This document shows positions 26,089 to 32,000 of a DNA stretch of 32,000 nucleotides, piece by piece. The notes below the pieces were generated by a model, which saw only the letters and a list, made by a program, of their open reading frames with translations, ran no database searches and was not told the DNA's origin. Every line of letters starts with the position of its first letter. Position 1 is the stretch's first letter. Source of the stretch: Methanothermus fervidus DSM 2088 (GTDB taxonomy: Archaea; Methanobacteriota; Methanobacteria; DSM-2088; Methanothermaceae); contig CP002278.1 in assembly GCA_000166095.1 (NCBI GenBank), forward strand, positions 300,001 through 332,000. Direction: 5' to 3'. Position numbers and translations under genes: made by a program.

Positions 26089-28686
26089 ATGAAATTAAAA
26101 TCTTTAGAATTGAAAAACATTAGGAGCTATAAATATGAAAAATTAGAATTTAATGACGGAGTTACACTTTTTGAAGGAGATATTGGTAGTGGAAAATCAA
26201 CAATATTGTTAGCTATAGAATTTGCACTTTTTGGTTTAGGTAATTACACAGGTTCTGGATTATTACGTATTGAAAATGGTGTACATGTAAGAGAAGGTCA
26301 CGTTAAATTGGAATTTGAAAGCAATGGCAAACCATATATTGTATATCGAAGTTTAAAAAATGAAAATGGTAGAATAGGCCAAGATAAATGTTGGATTGTG
26401 GAAGATGGAAAAAAACAATTACTATCACCTACCGAATTAAAGAAGAAAATTTTAAAAATTTTAAATTTTAATGAACCTGTAAATCCAAGATCCAAAAGTG
26501 TAATATATAGATATGCTGTTTTTACACCACAAGAAGAAATGAAATCAATTTTAACAAAATCAGATGATGAACGTTTGAATACTATAAGGAAAGCTCTAAG
26601 ATTGGATGAATATAAAAATGCTAGAGATAACTGTAAGTTGTTAAAGAATTTATTGAATACACGCTACATTGAATATAAGTCAAAGGTAGAGGGGCTAGAT
26701 GAGCTTAAGAATAAATATAAGAAAAAAATGGAGGAGCTAAGCACAATAACATCCAAAATTAAAGAGTTGGAGAAAGATAGGGAAAAACTTAAGAATGAAG
26801 TTAAGGAGCTAGAGAAAAGGAAGGAGAAAATTGAGGAGAAGTATAGGGAGATTTTAAATCTGGAGGAGAAGATTCCAGAGATTGAGGAAAGAATGAGGGA
26901 AGAAAAAGAAAGATTGGAAAAAGTGAAAAAAGAGAAAAACAAGATTAAGAATTCCCTGGAAAAATTAAAAAGAGAGTTTGAAGCCAGTAAAGAAGAATTA
27001 AGCACAATAACATCCAAAATTAAAGAGTTGGAGAAAGATAGGGAAAAACTTAAGAATGAAGTTAAGGAGCTAGAGAAAAGGAAGGAGAAAATTGAGGAGA
27101 AGTATAGGGAGATCAAGTATAGGGAAAAAGAAATCCCAGAAATCAAGAAACAAATAACAGAGGAAAAAGAAAGAAAAGAATCGTTGATAAAAGAAAATAA
27201 AAATTTATCAGGAAAGCTGAAGGAGCAAAAACAAGAATATCAAAAGAAAAATGAAGAATTAAAAATAATTGAAGAAGAAATATCTGATCTAAGGGCAAGA
27301 ATACATGGAAAAATAATGGAAAAAAATTTAGAAGACATAGAAAAAGATCTAGAAAAGTTTGAAGAAGAACTAAACAAAAAAATTGGAAGGATAGAAAATA
27401 ATATCAAAAATATAAAATCTCTCAAGGAAAAGGGTGTATGTCCTACTTGTGAAAGGCCCATAGAAGAATATGAGGTAGATAATAAAGTAGAAAAATATTT
27501 AGAAGAGAAAAATAGAGTAAAAAATAAAATTGAGAAAGTTAGAGAAAAAATTGAAATGATTAGGAAATTAAAAGATAAAAATAGAAAATATAATGAAATA
27601 AAAAACGAATTAACGAGATTAAAAGAATACATAAACGAAAATGAGAAAAAATATGCAGAAAATGAAAAAGAAATTAAAAAAATTGATGTAAATATACATA
27701 AATTAAAAGAAAAACTGAAAAAAGAAAAAAAGAAGATTGCAGAAAAAGAGAAAGTAAAAGAAAAATTTGAAAAAATAAACAAAAAATACGAAAAGATAAG
27801 TAAAGATCTTGAAAATGTTAGTAATAAACTATCCAAATATGAGGAGCGTAAGGATAATCTCAAGGCTAATATCAGTAGAATAAAGAGCGATGAAAAAGAA
27901 AAAGAAAGTGATTTAAAAGAACGTAAAATCGAAATTGAAAATATTAAAAATAAAATTAACCAATTAAAACTAAGAAAAAGAAAAATAGAAAAGAAAATTA
28001 AAGAAAAACCAAAAGTAGAAGAAAAAGTTAAAAGAATCGAAAAAGAATTTGAAGAAAAAGAAGACATGCTTAAAAAAGTAGAGAAAGAATTGTCTTCATG
28101 TAAAAGCAGTGAAAGACATCTGAAAGAAAATATACGTGAAATTAAGGAGGAAATTAAGAAAAAAGAGGAATTCAAAGAATTAAGTGAAAAATATAAAGAA
28201 TACAAAGAATGGATTGAAGATTACTTCATGCCATCTATTGAAGAAATTGAAGAACATATACTTATGAACATATATGAAAACTTTAATGAGAAATTTAAAG
28301 AATGGTTTAACAAGCTCATTGATGATCCTGAGAAATCTGTAAGAATTAATGAGAAATTTAAACCTGTTGTAGAGCAAGATGGATACGAACAAGACATTGA
28401 ATATTTAAGTGGTGGAGAGAGGACAAGCGTTGCATTAGCATATCGTTTAGCTCTCAATAAGGTGGTTAGAGATTTCTCAGAAAGTGGTGACATCGATGTT
28501 TTGATTTTAGATGAACCTACAGATGGATTTAGTAGAGAACAGATAAACAAATTAAGAGATGTTTTAGATGATTTAGAATGTTCTCAGATTATACTGGTCT
28601 CACATGAAAGAGAACTTGAGGCATTAGCTGACTATGTGTACAGAGTAGAAAAATCTGCAGGCATTTCAGAGATCAAAGAAGGTTGA
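26089..28686 (+). CDS. rad50: Rad50 SMC-family ATPase
   Basis: FEGDIGSGKSTILLAIEFALFG (Walker A), zinc hook GVCPTCERPI, signature LSGGERTSVALAYRLAL, Walker B DVLILDEPTDGF. Confidence 0.97.
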   Translation: MKLKSLELKNIRSYKYEKLEFNDGVTLFEGDIGSGKSTILLAIEFALFGLGNYTGSGLLRIENGVHVREGHVKLEFESNGKPYIVYRSLKNENGRIGQDKCWIVEDGKKQLLSPTELKKKILKILNFNEPVNPRSKSVIYRYAVFTPQEEMKSILTKSDDERLNTIRKALRLDEYKNARDNCKLLKNLLNTRYIEYKSKVEGLDELKNKYKKKMEELSTITSKIKELEKDREKLKNEVKELEKRKEKIEEKYREILNLEEKIPEIEERMREEKERLEKVKKEKNKIKNSLEKLKREFEASKEELSTITSKIKELEKDREKLKNEVKELEKRKEKIEEKYREIKYREKEIPEIKKQITEEKERKESLIKENKNLSGKLKEQKQEYQKKNEELKIIEEEISDLRARIHGKIMEKNLEDIEKDLEKFEEELNKKIGRIENNIKNIKSLKEKGVCPTCERPIEEYEVDNKVEKYLEEKNRVKNKIEKVREKIEMIRKLKDKNRKYNEIKNELTRLKEYINENEKKYAENEKEIKKIDVNIHKLKEKLKKEKKKIAEKEKVKEKFEKINKKYEKISKDLENVSNKLSKYEERKDNLKANISRIKSDEKEKESDLKERKIEIENIKNKINQLKLRKRKIEKKIKEKPKVEEKVKRIEKEFEEKEDMLKKVEKELSSCKSSERHLKENIREIKEEIKKKEEFKELSEKYKEYKEWIEDYFMPSIEEIEEHILMNIYENFNEKFKEWFNKLIDDPEKSVRINEKFKPVVEQDGYEQDIEYLSGGERTSVALAYRLALNKVVRDFSESGDIDVLILDEPTDGFSREQINKLRDVLDDLECSQIILVSHERELEALADYVYRVEKSAGISEIKEG
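26738..26852 (+). repeat. 115-bp perfect direct repeat, copy 1 (within rad50 coiled coil)
   Basis: taagcacaataacatccaaaattaaagagttggagaaagatag...gaagtatagggagat; identical to 26999-27113 by eye. Confidence 0.92.
26999..27113 (+). repeat. 115-bp perfect direct repeat, copy 2 (within rad50 coiled coil)
   Basis: Identical to 26738-26852; offset 261 bp = 87 codons, so in-frame. Confidence 0.92.
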
Positions 28687-28689
28687 TAC

Positions 28690-29910
28690 ATGGACACAAA
28701 AAAAGTTGCAGTTTTAGGTTTAGGAGTTGAAGGTAAGAATGCCATAAAATCCTTAAAAAAAAGAGGATATAGGATATATGCATCAGATAAAAATAGAATT
28801 GATTTTAAGGATGAGGAAGTAGAAGTAGATTTAGGTAAGCATGATATAAACAAGATACTATCCTGTGATTTTGTTGTTATTAGCCCAAGTATGTGGAATA
28901 CTAAATTAGCATCTTTAATTAAAAAGAAGAAAAAAGTTATTTGCGATGTATTTAATAAACACAAATCAATATATACAATAGGAGTCACTGGGACAAACGG
29001 TAAAACAACAACAAGTTTAATGATTTATGAAATTTTAAAAAATTCCAAAAAGAATGTTTTAATTGGTGGAAATGCTGGCGGAGGTTTTGAAGGATACACT
29101 GAACTTATATTAGAAGCCAATGAAGGAAATTATGAATATATGGTTATTGAGATATGCGACATGACTCTAGATTTTGTAGATGATTGTTTTGACTTGGATA
29201 TGGTTGTGGTTACTAATATAGGTGAAGATCACTTAAATTATCATAAAACTTTAGAAAATTTCAGAAGGAAGCTAAAGAAATTTTTAAAAAATAAAATTGC
29301 CATACTAAATTCTAAAGATCCTAATTTAGTGAAATTAGCTAAAGAACTCGATAATTACATATTTTATGATGAATATGATGTTCCACTTTTTGGTAGATTT
29401 AATAAGTTAAATGCTGGTGCTGCTGCTGCAGCAGCAAAATTTCTTGGCATTGATCCTAAAATCATATCTCATACATTAAAAAATTTTAAATTGCCAAAAG
29501 GGAGGTTAAAACACTATAATATTAATAACAAACATATAATAATTGGAAAAACTGATAACAAAACAGCTTTAGAGGCAGTATTAAATGAAATGAAATTTGA
29601 TGCAATGTTTATAGGTACTCCCAGACGAAATGAATATTGGAGATTCAAAATTCTTGATGTTGCATATAAAAGTTCACCAAAGTTGATAGTATTGTTTCCA
29701 GGACTAGAAGATACCGTGGATATGGCTAAGAAAAGACTTGAAAAGTTAGGATTCAAAAATGTAGTTACAGTTAAAACTATAGATGAGATTGTTAAAATGT
29801 TTGAATTTGTTTTAGAAAAATATGAAAAAATATTCATTGGAGGTAATGGACAGAAAAAAATAAATAAAATCCAGGATATTTTAGAGGCTAAATTTGTTCA
29901 ATATCAGTAG
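28690..29910 (+). CDS. cfbE: Coenzyme F430 synthase (Mur ligase-like CfbE)
   Basis: MurD-like: VAVLGLGVEGKNAIKSL, IGVTGTNGKTTTSLMIYEIL, VVVTNIGEDHLNYHKTLENFRRKL, LFGRFNKLNAGAAAAAAKFLGI; about 400 aa, single-copy type distinct from the two Zn-ribbon ligases. Confidence 0.7.
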   Translation: MDTKKVAVLGLGVEGKNAIKSLKKRGYRIYASDKNRIDFKDEEVEVDLGKHDINKILSCDFVVISPSMWNTKLASLIKKKKKVICDVFNKHKSIYTIGVTGTNGKTTTSLMIYEILKNSKKNVLIGGNAGGGFEGYTELILEANEGNYEYMVIEICDMTLDFVDDCFDLDMVVVTNIGEDHLNYHKTLENFRRKLKKFLKNKIAILNSKDPNLVKLAKELDNYIFYDEYDVPLFGRFNKLNAGAAAAAAKFLGIDPKIISHTLKNFKLPKGRLKHYNINNKHIIIGKTDNKTALEAVLNEMKFDAMFIGTPRRNEYWRFKILDVAYKSSPKLIVLFPGLEDTVDMAKKRLEKLGFKNVVTVKTIDEIVKMFEFVLEKYEKIFIGGNGQKKINKIQDILEAKFVQYQ

Positions 29911-30007
29911 TTGGGGGTTCATCATAAAATTCAGCACGTCCCTAGCTTCATCATCTTTAATTATAATTTCTATTTTATTATTAAAATCTAATTTTGAGAT
30001 GGTAGAA

Positions 30008-31093
30008 ATGAAATGCAAAATTTGTGGTGAAAGCCGTCCTTATATCTCAAAAGTTTTTGGTATATGTAAGGAATGTATTTTAGAAGGTGGAGAAGCTATT
30101 AAACATGTAAGAAAAATACATGGGGAAATAAGAAAAAAATTTAATTTACCTCCTGAGCCTCCTAAAGATGGAAATGTAAAATGTAATATATGTTCAAATA
30201 AATGTCGTATGAAGGAAAATGAAGTAGGATATTGTGGATTGAGGATGAATATTAGGGGAAAATTAAGATCTTTAGTTTCTGATGAAGAAGCTTTACTTTA
30301 CACATATTTAGATCCAATACCAACCAACTGTTGTGCAGCCTGGTTCTGTCCAGGTTGTACGGGACGTGGATACCCAAAGTATGCCTATAAAAATGGACCA
30401 GAATATGGATTTTATAATTTAGCTTCTTTCTTTTATGGCTGTAATTTTGATTGTGTATATTGCCAAAATATTTCACATAAAAATTTATGGAAAGCTCCAA
30501 AAATGACAATAGAAAAATTTGTTAATGAAGTTAAAAATGAAAAAATAACATGTATATGTTATTTTGGAGGATCTCCCGAACCCCAATTACCATTTGCAAT
30601 AAAAGCATCAAAAGAAGCCTTAAAACTTGGAAAGAAAATATTAAGAATTTGTTGGGAATGGAATGGATGTGGTAACGAAAAATTAGTCAAAAGAGCTGCA
30701 AAAATAGCAGGGGAAAGTGGTGGAATAATAAAATTTGACTTAAAATGCTTTGATGAAAATTTAAGCATAGCTTTAAGTGGAGTATCAAATAAGCAAGCAT
30801 ACAAAAATTTTAAAATGATAGGAGAAAAATTCTTTGATAGATATGATATTCCTGTTTTAACAGCGACAACGCTTCTTGTACCAGGATATGTAGATAAAGA
30901 TGAAGTTAGGAAAATTTCTAAATTTATAGCTGAAATAAATGATGAGATACCTTATCAATTATTAGTTTTTCATCCAGATTATATGATGATGGATCTTCCT
31001 ATAACTCCAAGGAAACAAGTGTATGAATGCTTTAACGAGGCTAAAAAATATTTAAAAAATGTGGACATTGGTAACATCCACCTTATAACTTAG
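30008..31093 (+). CDS. Cys-rich radical SAM protein (PflA-like)
   Basis: FYGCNFDCVYCQN radical SAM CxxxCxxC; N-terminal CKICGE...CKEC and CNICSNKC...GYCG clusters; NCCAAWFCPGC. ORF track extends to 29894, but ATG 30008 (MKCKICGESRPY) is the likely start. Confidence 0.85.
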   Translation: MKCKICGESRPYISKVFGICKECILEGGEAIKHVRKIHGEIRKKFNLPPEPPKDGNVKCNICSNKCRMKENEVGYCGLRMNIRGKLRSLVSDEEALLYTYLDPIPTNCCAAWFCPGCTGRGYPKYAYKNGPEYGFYNLASFFYGCNFDCVYCQNISHKNLWKAPKMTIEKFVNEVKNEKITCICYFGGSPEPQLPFAIKASKEALKLGKKILRICWEWNGCGNEKLVKRAAKIAGESGGIIKFDLKCFDENLSIALSGVSNKQAYKNFKMIGEKFFDRYDIPVLTATTLLVPGYVDKDEVRKISKFIAEINDEIPYQLLVFHPDYMMMDLPITPRKQVYECFNEAKKYLKNVDIGNIHLIT

Positions 31094-31101
31094 GAGGAGT
31101 A

Positions 31102-32000
31102 ATGTTGAAGAAGAAAAAAATTATAGCTTTAGCAGAAAAAGATTTTGAGAAAGCATGGAAATTAAGCAAAAAAACCTTAAAAGAACCACACCATGACTTA
31201 CAATATCCAAGATTATATTATAGATATGGGAAGTCTCACCCATTATATGATACAATATTTAAGCTTAGAGAAGCTTATTTAAAATTAGGGTTTGACGAAG
31301 TTGTAAACCCTGTTTTTATAAATGAGGATGAAGTTTATAAACAATTTGGGCCAGAAGCTCCTGCTATTTTAGATCGTTGTTTTTATTTAGCGGGGCTACC
31401 TAGGCCTGATATAGGAATTGAAAAAGATAAAATTAAAAAAATTAAAAATTTAAAAAGTGATGCTGATATCGGTAAATTAAAAGAAGTATTTAGAGAATAT
31501 AAGTTAGGAAATATTGCTGGTGACGACTTAGTATATGAAATTTCAAATGCTTTAGATGTTGATGACGAAACAGCATTGCGTATTTTGGAAATTTTTCCAG
31601 AAATTAAAAAATTGAAACCACAAGTAAGTGACGTAACATTACGTTCTCATATGACAGCTAGTTGGTTTGTAACACTTTCGAAAATTCATGATAAATATAG
31701 ATTACCAATAAAATTGTTTTCAATAGATAGATGTTTTAGACGAGAACAGAGGGAAGATGAAAGTCACCTTATGACATACTTTTCTGCATCCTGTGTTTTT
31801 GTCGATGAAGAAGTATCAATTGATGTTGGTAAAGCAGTAGCTGAGGGAATATTGAGATATTTTGGCTTTTCCAATTTTAAATTTATTCCAGATGAAAAAA
31901 GGTCCAAATATTATATACCTGATACACAGACAGAAGTTTATGCCTATCATCCAAAAATAAAGAAGTGGATAGAAGTAGCTACCTTTGGATTATATTCACC
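31102..32000 (+). CDS. sepS: O-phosphoserine--tRNA(Cys) ligase (partial, runs off the window end)
   Basis: Manual translation from ATG 31102: MLKKKKIIALAEKDFEKAWKLSKKTLKEPHHDLQYPRLYYRYGKSHPLYDTIFKLREAYLKLGFDEVVNPVF...VTLRSHMTASWFVTLSKI...FSIDRCFRREQREDESHLMTYFSASCVF. SD aggaggag. Absent from the ORF track (edge). Confidence 0.93.
   Translation, partial: MLKKKKIIALAEKDFEKAWKLSKKTLKEPHHDLQYPRLYYRYGKSHPLYDTIFKLREAYLKLGFDEVVNPVFINEDEVYKQFGPEAPAILDRCFYLAGLPRPDIGIEKDKIKKIKNLKSDADIGKLKEVFREYKLGNIAGDDLVYEISNALDVDDETALRILEIFPEIKKLKPQVSDVTLRSHMTASWFVTLSKIHDKYRLPIKLFSIDRCFRREQREDESHLMTYFSASCVFVDEEVSIDVGKAVAEGILRYFGFSNFKFIPDEKRSKYYIPDTQTEVYAYHPKIKKWIEVATFGLYS

Noticed and set aside
26738-27113. Direct repeat considered as CRISPR or mobile element
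   Set aside because: Only two copies, 115 bp, inside and in-frame with rad50; no spacers, transposase, terminal inverted repeats or target duplication.
26664-28205. Long minus-strand ORFs (160 and 321 aa) opposite rad50
   Set aside because: Antisense shadow of the Lys/Glu-rich coiled coil, producing SFSFSLFFS-type low-complexity peptides.
29894-30007. N-terminal extension of the radical SAM ORF (MFNISSWGFIIKFSTSLASS...)
   Set aside because: Hydrophobic, Ser-rich extension overlaps the end of the upstream gene; ATG 30008 begins the Zn-ribbon-like MKCKICGE, and gagatgg just upstream can act as SD.
1-32000. CRISPR arrays, tRNA/rRNA genes, transposases, toxin-antitoxin or phage-defence genes
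   Set aside because: None recognised by eye in the gaps on either strand; the window looks like core methanogen chromosome. tRNAscan-SE, a CRISPR finder and Infernal would be needed to confirm.

Overview
This 32 kb, AT-rich window is a compact, gene-dense piece of a methanogen chromosome. Its cofactor genes, SepS, AtwA and methanogenesis-marker genes show this. The Mur-ligase-like genes suggest Methanobacteriales (Methanothermus-like), which is an inference. Left part: bioY, hemA, precorrin-2 dehydrogenase, a methanogenesis marker 9 domain protein, atwA, a TIM-barrel protein, GTP cyclohydrolase III, cofD, cofE, purO, a ModE-like regulator, hisB, a small ferredoxin missed by the ORF track, and a nucleotidyltransferase. 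Middle: an unusual envelope locus with a small membrane protein that carries an apparent 1-nt frameshift, an unknown 143-aa protein, a secreted and membrane-anchored 1675-aa CobN/ChlH-like protein, and a DUF3344-like exported protein. Divergent from it are a small membrane protein, a DUF169-like protein and trmY. Right part: a tightly packed run of a MobA-like NTP-transferase, a VanW-like exported protein, two zinc-ribbon-containing Mur ligases and mre11. Divergent from that run are rad50, a probable F430 synthase (cfbE), a Cys-rich radical SAM protein and sepS. The best leads are: (1) the possible pseudomurein-precursor operon, with an NTP-transferase that could make the N-alpha-UDP-glutamate linkage, plus the VanW-like protein; (2) the exported CobN/DUF3344 locus; (3) a putative three-helix structured RNA at about 10870-10983; (4) two genes whose conserved N-termini lie upstream of any ATG/GTG/TTG and appear to start at ATT; (5) a perfect 115-bp direct repeat inside rad50. 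All family assignments are from motif recognition by eye; no database search was run.
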